From contig OZ024740.1 of NCBI GenBank assembly GCA_964016885.1, positions 240,250,001-240,314,000 on the forward strand: 64,000 nt of DNA, written 5' to 3'. The stretch's first letter is position 1. Every line of letters begins with the position of its first letter. Under the pieces are notes generated by a model. The model ran no database searches, was not told the DNA's origin, and saw only the letters and a list, made by a program, of their open reading frames with translations. The DNA is from Eledone cirrhosa (taxonomy: Eukaryota). Shown here piece after piece: positions 42,091-56,379 of this stretch. Position numbers and translations under genes: made by a program.

Positions 42091-45000
42091 GTCACTATTT
42101 CAAAATTAACATTTTAAGTAAGGTAGTATTCCATGCAGAATTAAGTAACAAAAAATGAAACTTTACATAGTAATGTTTTCCTTCAATACAGATACTTCAG
42201 AATGGCTTAAAATGGACTGAATATATCTATTTTAATTAAATACTATAAAACTGTGACGCAACCGAACAGCTTGAACTTATACCAGATGAGGATTGTTTGA
42301 CAAGCATACTTAATTGTATAGAGACCTAGATTGAAGCTCTTTATAGAATACAATCGGTTGGTATACTCTGTATTGACCCATACCAGTGAGGAATTTCTAT
42401 GGGGTCATTCGACCTGCTAGAAATAGCATCTAAATCTCCCTAAAATCCCAAGTTACTATCTTTAAATGAGAAGGGCATGTTAAGTTCTCAACTACATGGT
42501 TTCTGTTTTAATCGATCAAAGCCTTGATAGGGAATTTTGGAAAACGGAAACTGAGTAGAAGCCTAGAGATGGGGTTGTTTGTCTCCTTTTTTTTTAATAG
42601 TAGACTTAATCCGATGCTTATTTTTTCATCACAACATAGCCTTCGGGTATATTTAACAGGATCCACTTTGTTGCAAGCATTTAGATACGGTTTTTGGTTT
42701 GGGAATAATTTCTTCCTTTCTTCCATCCTGTCTCAGATGCCCTGAAAAGGGTTATGGATGCTGGCTTCCCTTCTTTCAATCCGTTATTTAATTCAGCGAG
42801 AATATTTTGGGGCGTTCTGACATCGTAAATTATATTAATATTATATTAATATATGATACATTTTTTCCGTTTCTATGTCCCGCCTAAGTAATGTATAAAC
42901 CGTTTACAAGTTCAAACCACTTACTCTATATCATATTCACAAATGTATGTTTGTAATCTTTTGCATGTGCTTTGCGATATTACCTAACTTGAGGCTTCAA
43001 ACGTCTTTAAGAAAGAAAACATGATTCTATTATTGTTGTTATTGTGGTTGTCTTTGGTGATTTTTTTTTTTAGTTAAAAGTGATTCAAATATTCTTTTCT
43101 AAATGGTTGTTCAGATGTTATATTCGTATATATTGTATTTAAACCTCAATATTGATCGATAGGATACAATGACAAAGGATAAGTGAGCATTAGGTGAAAA
43201 GTCCTGCTTAGAGCTCACAATCTTAATAGTATCTTAATAAGATCTTGAAAGCTGTTGACAGTGAGAAAGTAATTTCCTCATGTCGGGAGGCTTGACAGGA
43301 CTGTGAATCCAAAGTAATGCCATTATTCTAGTTTGATGGATTTAAATATACTTTCCGTAATTTAAGAACACAAATAAAAGTCCATGAAGTTTACAACTGG
43401 CTTCATTTCCTTATTGCAACTATATCACTCCATTCATACTGCTAAGAATCCTTCAGCCATCACGAAAACCTAAATTATGGATTCTCTTCTTGTATACTCC
43501 TTGCTGTTCAATTCGGCCGTTATCGATAGCTTATAGACAAGTTACAATTTTATTAGTAGTGTAAATCTTGACACCTCACATCTTGACTTATATTAAGAAT
43601 ACTAAAATGTATACTAAAACCTATATTTGTACCATATATTTCATCTGAAATTTGAGGTAGGGATTTAGAGCTTTAATGAATGTCACCTGTGAAGATACCA
43701 CAAACATAAACTTACAAACGCGATTTTCCTGAAATATATTCGTGAAACCTACTAAAAAGATGAGATATAAAATAATATCAACTCATAAAAACCATGAAAT
43801 AACATCAAATCAATGTAAAAACTCAAAATCTAAAAAGTGACTTCAATCTTACACCTAACATTTCATCATCTTAAAGCACTCAAATTGCATCCTAAAGATT
43901 TCAAACTAAGAACAAACTTACTCACACTCAGAAGCTCCCGCGTCTTGCGACGCATGAGGCAATCATAGTGTTCCACCGCGTTCGGTCAGCAGCCAGTTGC
44001 ACAGCGTCCCGCCATTGTCTGTTTGTCGCTCGCAGGTCCCTCTCAACTGTCTGGCGCCAGTTCATATTGGTACGGCCTCGGGTTGTACAATGACTTGCTC
44101 TTCTAATTAGATACTTAACTAATCCAGAAATGTATTAGTTACGTAACTAATAAGGAAACCGAAATAAAACTCAATAGTGCGTGTGTTTTTATGACCTTCC
44201 CAAATTATAAAAACAACATAAAGTTTATTAAACAACGGGGATTTTTCTAGCGCCGAATTTTTTTTATTTCTATTTATTTCAAACTCTTTATAAATAAGAA
44301 ATTGATTTATATCACCATTTTTATTACACTTAACTACCACGTTTATTCTGAATTGCTGGATATCATCGTAGGAGATTTAACTTTACGGAAATCTTCTGAA
44401 TGATATTCTAATTGTTTTACAATGTTATCTAACACATACGTTGCTTTGGTCTGTGTGTTATGATATTGTAATCTACTTGTTCAGATAAAGAATTCAACTT
44501 ATCAAGAAAAATAAACTTTACACTGCCATATCCACCAATACAAAATAAACTATATATGCATAAATAAAATTTATGAGTCATGTATCATGCTTATGTATTT
44601 TTAGACATGCAACATAATATGTTAGACGTTGGTGCCATTCTTTATAAATATGAGTGTGTGTGTGAGTGTGTGTGTGTGTGTATGTATGTGTGTGTGTGTG
44701 TGTGTGCGTGCGTGCGTGTATGTGTGTGTCTGTGTGTGAGTGTATGCGTGTGTGTGTGTGTTTTACTGAAGTTTATCATTTCAAGGTAAAATAATGGGAG
44801 GGATTCGATTATATTTCCCTTGAACAATCTATGTAGATTCTATTTATGGAGCACCACTATCTTAGTCACGCTATTTAAAGAAAATTCTGATGCCGCTCTT
44901 TACTGATAGTGTCTTATTATTAACATACATGTGGCAGCTTTTATCTTCTAAGTTGAAACAGTTTAATGACTGTTGATTAAAATGATTCAGCTTCCTTGAC

Positions 45001-45446
45001 AAATGCCAAAGCTGAAAATTATGTACTTATGCTGAACACAAGAATAAAAAGATTTTTGTTTCTCTACATGAAGTATAAAAATATCTTAGCAAAATAGCAA
45101 TTCAGTATTAGTTGTGATATAACAAGCAATATATACAATGAATAGTGATAAAGAAGTTCTCTACTACAGCCAAATATATCAGACTTTTTAGATGCAAGAA
45201 AAAAGACACCTGAGCATATGCTTAGATATATATATATATATATATGTATGACTTCTATGTCTAACGAACTTAATACTTTATTTATATTCTCACTGATAAA
45301 GATTCGCTAAAATGCTTCCTAAGTTAGGATTCAATACATGATAACATAAATATTTATCTAGGTTAATAGCATACGGCAATGAGCAAGTGTGAGAGTGCGC
45401 GCACGTGTGTCTGTGTATATAATCATATATATATATATATATATAT

Positions 45447-45598
<152 letters not shown>

Positions 45599-46134
45599 AG
45601 TGTGTTTGTGTGTGTGTGTGTGATCCTTGGTTTATTATATTGATCAGTCTTTATGACATTCACACCTTTTTTTTCTGAACGAGCAGTTATCTGAGAAATC
45701 ATACGCTGTCCGGAAATTAATATATTTCTAGCGTAGGTTTGGTGCATTCTGAGTACACCGGTCCGTTGGTATTGTTATGATAACTACTTCCTGGTGGAAT
45801 GAACTGCATCTATCATATAATTTATCTCATTAATTTCAAGCTGCCAACAGGATCGTCTAAAATAATACATAACTTAACCTAATATTTGCTTTACAATACT
45901 GTGTATAAATTATGGCACATGAGATTATTGCATAACCCTAATATAACACATTCACCATTATGTATATGTCCCCCATTTAATTTTGAATCAATTCAGTTTC
46001 AGAGTTTTCTCCCTTGCCTTTCTTGATAAAACTGTCATGAACACTATTTCTCTTCTCATTACGGGTGTCCTCTAAATTGATTAAAAATTATTTTTGGCAC
46101 ACTATATTGATTACGTCAGACCAGAATCCTGGAG

Positions 46135-46960
46135 AACTTCCCTTCTTCTTCGCCCACTTATTCCTGAGAGGGTCTTGGGGACAGAGTCCTCAAACACCTC
46201 CTCCAGCAGGCACTGTCAGAAACAACCGTCTCCAACTGATCCGGCTGGATCCCCAAGCATGACCAGCCAAGCTCATGGATGTTATCCACCCATCTTGCTC
46301 GGGGTCTACCTCTGGGGCCCCAGCCGGTTGGTTTCGTCCGTAAAATCTGTCCAGGGATTCTTTCCTGACACATTCTAACCACATACCCATAGTATCGGAG
46401 CTGTGATCTCTCAAATTGGAGAAATAGCGGCTCTACCTGGAGTGTCTCTGATCTCCGAGCTACGTATTCTATTGAGTAACGTTACTCCAAAGACCCTTCG
46501 GAGAAATCCCATTTCGGCCACTTGTATTCACGATAGTATTCTTTCGGCCATTACCCAAGATTCATGAGCATAGGTAAAGGTTGGTACAAAAACCGAATTT
46601 AAGATAGTGAGTTTGGCTTTTACGCCTACCTCCCTTCTTCTGATTACTGAATGCTGAAGCTGATGCATTACTGCACCAGCTTTTCAATTCTTGCACTTAA
46701 TTCAGCCGCCTGCCTTCCATGACTCCGTAACACGGCCCCGAGATACTTGAACGTCTTTACCTGCTTCAAGGGAACTCCATTTACATATAGCGTGCACTGC
46801 GCAGGCTTCCTTAAGAGGACTAGTGACTCAGTTTTCGCAGCACTGGTTTTCGTTCCAGCCATGCAGACCTCGGCATCAAACTATTCCAGCCGACTTATTT
46901 TACACCCGCCATTCATGATATTACTTTCAACCCAGCTGCGCATGTCAATCCTGTTCATGT
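46135..46960 (-). mobile_element. RTE-clade LINE 3' fragment
   Basis: LKQVKTFKYLG; RPRARWVDNI; same family as 1140-1705. Abuts a SINE at 46962-47147. Confidence 0.85.
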
Positions 46961-47466
46961 AAATAATTGTTTCTACTTTTGGCACAAGGCCAGCAATTTC
47001 CCCGGTGCATTACAGGTATTTTATTTTATCGACCCCGTAAGGATGAAAGGCAAAGTGAACCTCGGCGGGATTTGAACTCAGAACGTAAAGGGCCATAACT
47101 TTATGTTACAAAACAGGGCATCTGACGCTCTACCGATACTACCAATCTGACAGTACACCGTACTCTTAGAGGAGTCCAGCTCCCACAGAGGAGAACTTCC
47201 CAATATTTTTTATTTTAAATTGCCTCCTCAGAGATTAATTTTCACATAAAAATTATATCCATTAAATTTATTCTAGGATCTAGTAGTTACACTTTAAATT
47301 ATGCTTCACTGGAAAGAAGTGATCATACAGAAACATGTCGGAAGAAGTTATCACACATACTGAAGATGAAACTCACTCCCCACCGCATTTAACAATTTAT
47401 CGATTTAAATTTCGAAGTTGTTTGTCTTTCTTGCCAAAACTTTTCATTAACACTAATGATTTTCCT

Positions 47467-47535
<69 letters not shown>

Positions 47536-47792
47536 CCCAGTACAGCCTGTGCATGGTCAGGTCATCGAGGACTGAACCACATCTACCTCCTCCAACATTC
47601 CTACCAGTCCTAGAAGCAAAGATCTAGTAGCATTCGGCGACTGCCTCCTTCCAATAGTACAGTTTTTTTTGGGGGGGGGGGTTACAGGCTGCCACTGAAT
47701 CGAATTTTCAATTTCCGATTTCCTATTCTCTTTTCCCTATCTTCCATTATATGTTTGGGTTCAACGTAACCCTGTTATGTAATTCTGTGGGA

Positions 47793-47867
47793 GTTGTCTG
47801 ATGAGATCATCCTGTCATGCATCATATTTGGTGGGTGGAGCTGGGGCATCGAAATATGTATAGTGAT
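47793..47867 (+). ncRNA. Degenerate type I hammerhead motif
   Basis: GTTGT-CTGATGA-GAT...ATC-GAAA-TATGTA-TA/GTGAT. Core intact, but stem I pairs mostly by G-U wobble. Confidence 0.5.
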
Positions 47868-48159
47868 TTTACGGAATTAAAATTATAGGGCATATTTTCC
47901 AGTCCGGCATTCTGTTGTTGTAAATATATACATATTTATATATATATATACATATATATATAAATATATATATATATGTATATATAAACGAACTATTAAC
48001 ACCAACTACATACATATGTGCATACAAACATACATACATACAGACACTCATATATATATATATATATATAATTGGTGTTGAGCACTCGATGCTCTCATAG
48101 AGCAGAGTATGATATCACAAAAAAAAGAGAATCAGTGTTGCGACGAATGGAATTTATTG

Positions 48160-48253
48160 GACATATTACATCGTTTCTCTGGCGACCAGCTCGAGGCACG
48201 ATCGTTGTGATGATCGAACCTGACTCTGAAAACGCAAGGTCCTCAGATACGTC
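48160..48253 (-). ncRNA. Type I hammerhead motif within a (TA)n-flanked element (48072-48278)
   Basis: GACGTAT-CTGAGGA-...-GAAA-CGATG-TA/ATATGTC with a 7-bp stem I. Sister copy at 59010-59172. Confidence 0.7.
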
Positions 48254-48275
48254 TTGATTCTACGAAGCAGATGTG

Positions 48276-48320
<45 letters not shown>

Positions 48321-48346
48321 TGTGCCTGTGTGTCTGCATGTAAGTA

Positions 48347-48430
<84 letters not shown>

Positions 48431-50363
48431 TGTGTCTGTGTGTTTGTATGTAAGTATGCATATATGTTTGTATGCACATATGTATGTAGTTTGGTGTTAA
48501 TAGTTCGTTGTTCTAATAATTCAGTTATCTTGAAATGTTATCTTGAAATGTTATCTAGAAACTTGGTATATCTGAAGAATGATACGGGTATACTGTATTC
48601 ATCTCCCTAGGAACAGTGTTAAGAATAACTTTTTGCCTTGTAATTGATGGATTCTACAACGCAGATTGAAAACTGAGTCGAATTACAAAATGATTAGAAG
48701 AGAAATCTAAGAGGTGGGTATTCTGTTTCGTAAACACCCATAAAATGCATTTGATAGTGCTGTACTTAATGCTTTGATAAATATAAAGACAGATAGAAAA
48801 TAGTACAGAACAACTGAATTTGATATAGTTGATGTTACTTTAATAAATTTCTGAAACATTTCAAGGTAATGCAGATTAAATATATTCTTCAAACCTGTGC
48901 ACCAAGAGTATGCAAAAACTCATCAGTAAGAAATTTCATCATAGTATTCCCAGGCTACGTTATCGTATGTGTAATGTATTGTTTTAGGGCTGTACGATGT
49001 GGATTTTGGCTGCTGTCTTTATCGAGTCGAGCAAGCGTAGACTCATTTTTTTGTTTCAAAATTATATAATTTGAATAACAAAGTACTTGGAGAATATTAA
49101 GAATGCAACCTTGAGCTTAGAACATAAAGGGTAATGAGCTTGAATACATTCACTGGCCCTTAAAGATGGAACTAAACAAGAAATATGAACCAGCAAGAGA
49201 AGCGTCTTTGCAGTCATATGATATTCTAGAAATAGTAACCAAATCTTCCCCAGATCTCTCTTAAACAAAGAAAGGACATATTAAATAATGTGATATACAC
49301 AAAGGCGGGTGAATAAGAGTAGAACATCCTTGCTCTTACGTCTGCTCGATCAGAACTGACTTCAAGATAAGCAACAACTGCTACAATATCAACAACCCTT
49401 AAAAATTTCATTTTACTGTATATTATATCTGTTAATAGTATGAACCATCTTCGGTTTCCACGATGACTGTTCCAGGTGTTCGATCAATGGAACAGTCTGC
49501 TCATGAGATTAACGCGTATGATTTTGAGTGTTCCACAAATACGTGTACCCTTAACGTAATTCTCGGGGATGGGGGAGATTCAGTGTGAGGCAGTGTGTGA
49601 CAAGGCAGGCCTTTTGAATTAAAGCTACATTCCATCAGACGTGCATTTATACAGTTTCCATCAACCCAATTTTACTCACAAGGCATAGGTTAACCCAAAG
49701 CTATGGTAAATGACACTTGCTGAAGATACCACGCAAGGGTATTGAATCCGAGACCGAATGATTGCGAAGAGAATTTCTTAACCATTCAGCCAAGCTGCGA
49801 TATGTGTGTGTACACGTGAGGGTGTGAATATTTCCATCTGCTAGCAGTCTTTCGTTACTTTGCCATGGAGCGTTAGATTGAATTGACAGACTTATGTTTT
49901 AAGGTTATAGGCTTCGTCAAGAATTTAGAGTAAGGATTAATGGGTTAACATTTGGATAAAGTTTTTTCAGTAAGGCACAACAGTAAGCGACGTTTATTTT
50001 GTATGGGAGCATATTGTTTACTTTTTAGCAGGAGGTTTGCGTCGTTTTCCTTTGTGTACATAAACTGTTTATCATGCTAAAATATATACAAATACAACTG
50101 AATCGGTAAAAATAAATTCATATAATTTAGTTTCTTGTAGATTATAATGTGCATATGTAGAATGTTAAGCATATATACGATATTTTGTATGTAGAACAAA
50201 TGTGGCTTGTGAGTTGTGATAGGTGTGTATGCAATTGTATATTAATTAATGTATAGTTGTGTAAGTTTGAAATTATAATTATCAACACATTCCATTTATG
50301 TACATAACACACACACACACACACATATACAATCATATATGTGTGTGTTTGTATGTATGTATC

Positions 50364-50451
<88 letters not shown>

Positions 50452-50453
50452 CT

Positions 50454-50500
<47 letters not shown>

Positions 50501-50579
50501 GAGTCATTCATATAATCATATTCTACTACCCCAAGTATCGAGTACTCAGGTGAGTAATGATCTTACTGTATCCATCTTG

Positions 50580-50646
<67 letters not shown>

Positions 50647-50647
<1 letters not shown>

Positions 50648-52610
50648 CCCCTCTCATTTGTTTTCCTCCTATACAAGCCAACATGGCTACTCTCAGAATA
50701 GGTAGCATAAATGTACGTGGCCTGGGGTCGTCTTGGAAGCAGGGGCACCTGCTGAACGATCTCAGGTCACTAAACATAGATGTGGTGGCCATCAGCGAGA
50801 CCACAATCTCCGAGGCACGGGCCTTCGCACCAATCTTCGGCGGCTACAATGTGTACGCATCTCCCAGCCGTCCTGGATCGGGGGGGGGGAGTTGCTGTGC
50901 TTTTTCGGAAAGGTTTGGATCTCGCCATACGGGCCATCTTCCTGGACCCAGAAGGTAAGTTGGTGGTGCTGGACGTGACCAGCGGAGACGGGCAAGCTTT
51001 CAGGCTAGTGGCCCTCTATGCCCCGACAGGAGCAGGGCGGCCTGATTTCTTCCGGCGTCCGGAGACCTTTCTTGGAACGTCCCGCTCTTTAGTGTTAGTG
51101 GGCGACTGGAACGGGATCTTAGATGCACGCTGGGACTGTGTGGGATTAGCGGATAGGGAAGGAGGGTGCAAGAGCCTCACCAACCTGCTCAAGCGTTTTG
51201 AACTGTCTGACATGTACCGATTGCATTTCCCGAATGTACCAATATGGACTTGGACAAATCGCATAGGGTCATCCAGATCATATCTAGATAGAGTATTTTG
51301 TAGGGAAATAGATATGTCTAGCATAGGCTGTCCACAATTCAAGATAGTCAGCTACACGGACCACAAATTCCTGATCTGTGTGGTTGACTTAGATAGGCTT
51401 CGTAGACGAGGACCCGGCTACTGGAAGTTAAACGCGCAAGGCCTACAGAGACCGGATTAACGAACTAGTTAAGCGGGCGTTGACGGGGGCCATCGTCAAC
51501 AACAAGTGGTGGTTTGCTCTGAAAAGAGCGATTAGAACAGAGTCCATTAGGTTTAGTAAGGCTTTAGAAATAGAGAAAAATAGAGCAGAGGGAGAACTAG
51601 AGCTGCAGTCCTGGGTCAAGCGAAGACCGAGAGGGCGCGCTTGGAGACTGGAATGTCTTCAGGCGCTCACAGCCCTCGCTCGGCCAATCGGACAATGGGA
51701 TCGGTGGAAACTCCACCTTGGCGTTCTATAGAGGATCAGTGGAGGGGAAGAGCGCCGACGTACTTGGGGAAACTCTAGGCGTCGACGAAAATCAACTAGC
51801 CAATCTCTTTGGAAGAACTTTCGGGCCGGGGCCTATGGACAACTTCCAGAAATCCCTGGCCTGGCAGTGCTACCGAGGATCTTTTCCAGTTCGGGATAAA
51901 CTCTACAGGCATGGAGGTGCCGTCAGCCGGGCATGTCCGAGATGCGCGCAGGGCGACGAAACCGTCCTGCATGCACTCGTCCAGTGTACGAGAATTGCTG
52001 ACTTGTGGGTTTATGTCGAACACCTGCTGTCGCGTGTAGAACGGATCCGACTATCAGCTGAGTCCATCGTGAGGATTGCCCCGCCCTCTTCCTTTAGCCG
52101 GGAAGAGCAGGCAGTTTTTATCTGTCTGGTGGCCATGGCGAAAGAGATAGTATGGTGAACACGTCTGAAAGGGCTGAAGACGAACACTTACCTCTTCGGT
52201 GATACCCTGATTAACTTTTTCCAATTTCATTTGAAAAGGAAAATCAGGGTAGAGAGGGAGGTGCTCTCTTCCCAGCTTTTTGTTGAAAGATGTATGAGAG
52301 AGGCAAGAATGGCCCGAATGAGTGGACATACTCTGAGATTATGCCTGTAAATTGAAGGTGGAAAACTGGGAGATGACAATTGCCCTGGTGGTCAGGGTCA
52401 CGGTGACTTTTTAATGGGCTTTCTCCACGTTGGCCCTCGTAAGTCTCCCCACTATTGGGAAATTTTTTCATTGTTCTATTATTAAATCCTATGTTTTTTT
52501 TTTGTTTTTTTACACGCAGAAATGCTCTTTTGTACCGTCCTGTATTGTCCTGTACTGTCCTTAATGTCTACTTTATGTAAACCCTTGTGGTTAATAAAGA
52601 AAGCATTATC
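50647..52610 (+). mobile_element. Tx1/L1-like LINE deletion derivative: APE endonuclease plus C-terminal zinc knuckle, RT missing
   Basis: ATG at 50683: MATLRIGSINVRGL..VAISET..GDWN..SYLDRVF..TDHK..GYWKLN (frameshift in a G-run near 50881). Jumps at ~51600 to CPRCAQGDETVLHALVQC. AATAAA and (ATT)n tail. Confidence 0.9.
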
Positions 52611-52634
52611 ATTATTATTATTATTATTGTTCTT

Positions 52635-52915
52635 TGAGTCTCGGTCATTGATGTTATTTAACTGGAAAGTTTGTTGAAATGAATATCAAGCCGCTACCTG
52701 CAGCATCAGATATTCAGGACGTATCGGTGGGTCCTTGCTGTTCCCAGCAAGCATGCCTTTTGAAGTGTTCCAAAAAGAAGGGTTGGACTAATCTTCTTTA
52801 ACCATCCTTGGAAACTCTTTGAGATAATACCTAGTGCGCCTATGACAATCGGGACGACCTTGATTTCTTGGCAGTTCCAAATCCTTTTTAACTCCCACTT
52901 TAAATCCTGGTATCG
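52635..52915 (-). mobile_element. R4/Dong-like LINE 3' end
   Basis: Homologous to 4590-4840. Confidence 0.8.
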
Positions 52916-53283
52916 GTTGGATTGGCAGTATCGGTAGAGGGTCGGACGCCATGCTTTCCAACATAGTTACGTCACTTTACGATCTGAGTTCAAATCCCGC
53001 CGAGGTTGACTTTGCCTTTCATCCTTACGGGGTCGATAAAATAAAGTACCAGTAATGCACTGGGTAATTGCTGGCCTTGTGTCTAACGTAGAAACAATTA
53101 TTAGTATTATTATTATTATTATTATTATTAATACTTTTGGCACAAGGCCAGCTATTACCCTTGTGCATTACAGATACTTTATTTTATCGACCTCGTAAGG
53201 ATGAAAGGCAAAGTTAACCTCGACGGGATTTGAACTCAGACCGTAAAGGGACGTAACTATGCTAGAAAGAATGGCGTCCAACC

Positions 53284-53290
<7 letters not shown>
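52916..53290. mobile_element. Tail-to-tail inverted SINE pair
   Basis: Plus copy 52916-53105 and minus copy 53133-53290. Confidence 0.85.
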
Positions 53291-53335
<45 letters not shown>

Positions 53336-53337
<2 letters not shown>

Positions 53338-53787
53338 GATATTAACAAATGGAAACTATATTTATAAAACCATATCTATTTTATTATACATATTTCAAGG
53401 ATACCATGTTAAATTATGGTATGCTTTCATCAGACAAAATACAATATATACCAGTTTTATAAATAAATATTGACATACCCTTTCAAAATGCAACCGTTAC
53501 TTTTGGAAGACATATCCCTGATGTTTTCCAAAAGTAACGGTTGCATTTTGAAAGGGTATGTCAATATTTATTTATAAAACTGGTATATATTGTATTTTGT
53601 CTGATGAAAGCATACCATAAGTTAACATGGTATCCTTGAAATATGTATAATAAAATAGATATGGTTTTATAAATATAGTTTCCATTTGTTAATATCGTAT
53701 ATTTACTCCAAATACTTGTCGAGTGCTTTATATCAGTTATAAAAATATTTGCTTGTTGTATCCCAAAAATTTAAATAGAACTTTTGC

Positions 53788-53788
<1 letters not shown>
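53336..53788. mobile_element. Fold-back double-hammerhead element flanked by (TA)n (family of 17001-17434, opposite orientation)
   Basis: Near-perfect palindrome 53336-53698. HHR plus 53593-53657 and minus 53377-53441. One-sided tail 53700-53788. Confidence 0.9.
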
Positions 53789-53821
<33 letters not shown>

Positions 53822-54083
53822 ATATATATAACCTGTTACCCCATATATATATATATATATATATATGGGGTAACAAGTTATCGTTATAGGTAATCCAGTT
53901 AGAGGTTGTGAGTACTCTGCGTCGTGGATAGTTTTAACGTACGGCTTTGTTTAACTCAACAAGATGTTCCCATAGTTAGGCAGCGAGTTCGCGGATATTC
54001 CTATGCAGGTTAAACTTGGAGTAATAATAGTGAAAGACTGAAGAGTAACATGGTTGGCTGTACAACAAGGGGCTTTATTTCAG

Positions 54084-54194
54084 GTATTAACAATTGTTTC
54101 ATAGATCAGGTGAGTCTAGAGGCCGCTAATCGCTCGAAGTTGCGTCACTCGATCTCCATTATATTATTTACTTCTGATCAAATCCTCAGAATAC
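54084..54194 (-). ncRNA. Type I hammerhead in an inverted pLTR-like segment (53867-54230)
   Basis: Minus strand: GTATT-CTGAGGA-TTTGATCAG...CTGATCTAT-GAAA-CAATTG-TT/AATAC. Confidence 0.7.
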
Positions 54195-54289
54195 AAAAAT
54201 AATTCATACAAGGCAAGATATATAGAGAGAAATAGCCTATAATCAAAACAATAACATCAATAATAAAATATATATGGTAAATAATCAAA

Positions 54290-54900
54290 ACTTAAATGAT
54301 CAAAACATGGAAAAATTACGAAAAAACCTCAGAGTCTTCTTCAACAAACTAGGCCTAGGTATCACTTTCGAACTTAATTCTAAAAAAAAAGCAAACTTCT
54401 TAGATGTAACACGCAACCTAAACAGAGCCCTTCAATAAAAATAACGAGAATCTAGCCTACATTAGTTATAACTCAAACCACCCCCGATCCATAATTAACA
54501 CCATAGAACATAGTATATCCCTCAGAATATCCCGCCTATCTTCTAACCTAGAGATTTTTAACGAACACACAAACTATTATAACATAGCTTTACATAAAGC
54601 TGGACATAAGGAGGAGCTGGAATACATACTAGATAGAGACAGCAGCAACAAACCTAACGGCAACTACACTACCCGCACCTATAGAAATAACAAGCATAGG
54701 ACTAAGCATGGAATTAGACAACGAGCACCAAAAATAACTGAACCTAACACTAATACAGAGAACCCCCAAAACTATAGAAGATCCAGAGATAGAAAATACC
54801 TATGGTTCAATCCAATATTCAACTCCTCTATAAAAACCAACTACCTTCTACATTCTTTAAGCTAATCGACAAGCACTTCCCTACACTACACAAATACCAA
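54290..54900 (+). mobile_element. Penelope-like RT C-terminal relic
   Basis: ANFLDVT, YISYNSNHP, WFNP and FFKLIDKHFP motifs, with frameshifts. Confidence 0.8.
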
Positions 54901-54952
54901 CGGACACTTACTCACCACCACCACTATCATATAGATATATATACATATATAG

Positions 54953-55048
<96 letters not shown>

Positions 55049-55071
55049 CCCGTCAACTTATATATATAAGT

Positions 55072-55300
55072 GCGGTGGATTGCCAGTATTGGTAGAGTCG
55101 GACACCATACTTTGTAGCATAGAGTTACGGTCCTTTATGGTCTGAGTTCAAATCCCGATGAGGTTAACTTTGCCTTTCATCCTTTCGGAGTCCATAAAAT
55201 AAAATACCTGTAACGTTGTAACGTACTGGGGTCGATTTAATTGACTTTCTCCCCCCCCCCCCAAGAAAATTACTGGCTTTTGCCTATACTAGAAATCATC
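55072..55300 (+). mobile_element. SINE copy
   Basis: Dominant SINE consensus. Confidence 0.85.
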
Positions 55301-55380
<80 letters not shown>

Positions 55381-56014
55381 GTTTATATGTCCATGTCTTT
55401 CTACACTCAAATATATACATTTATCAAGCTTTATTTAGCCGCCAATGAATATATCCACACCTACTAGATGATAGAAATACCAAAACCCAGAAGCTGCCAG
55501 TTACGTCTTTACAGAGACATAAATATTATTCTTATCAGCTTCGCCACAAACTATATCGTATTTTCTCTCAGGTTTCCCCACATTTAAGAAGCTCTATTTT
55601 GTCTCTTCCTTCCACTCACAACATATATATTATTGTTATTTTATCCTAGCACTTATTTTTTGTTAACCGTAAAAAATGTAATGCGTTGATGGCGAAGGCA
55701 AAAAGATTTATGTTTCTAAGTAAACTTTATTGTCTTCTGAGAGTAATTAAGGCTGTGAAGCTAGATTTATAATTTATGCGGAACACTAATTAGGTGCAGA
55801 GGAACTAGGTTCGCTAAATAATTTCAGCTGAATTAAAGGAGCAGCTTGAACTTCTGACATTACAACCACATTAAATATTTACTTTTCCTTTCTAGCTTAC
55901 TGAGAAGATACTTTATTAAATGTGCAATGGTTCAAATTTGGATATGTATGAAAATTAAAGCTTATACACCTATTAGAAAAATCATATGAGTTTTGAGATA
56001 TGCTACTCACACAC

Positions 56015-56084
<70 letters not shown>

Positions 56085-56087
<3 letters not shown>

Positions 56088-56350
56088 GGCGCATGGCTTC
56101 GTGGTTAGAGCATTGGGCTTGCAATCGAAAGGTTGTGAGTTCAATTCTCGGACCGGGTGATGTGTTGTTTCCTTGAGCAAGACACTTTATTTCACGTTGC
56201 TCCAGTTTACTCAGCTGTAGAAATGACTACCGGTTTGCCCGCCCAGCCAGTGGGATGGCGTTATTTTATGGCTAAAACAGCACGACGTGCTGTGACCAGC
56301 GACGCCGATTGGCGCCCGACAGATTGGTCGGTCAAGGTGATCAAGGTGAT
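56085..56350 (+). mobile_element. tRNA-derived SINE of another family (CORE-like)
   Basis: TGGCTTCGTGGTTAGAGC...GAGTTCAATTC boxes followed by CCTTGAGCAAGACACTT. Confidence 0.7.
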
Positions 56351-56379
56351 ATATATATATATATATATATAATATATAT

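Noticed and set aside
38700-43560. Faint LINE-like remnants (38700-39450, 40480-40800, 42500-43560)
   Set aside because: Motifs are too degraded to assign a family or boundaries.
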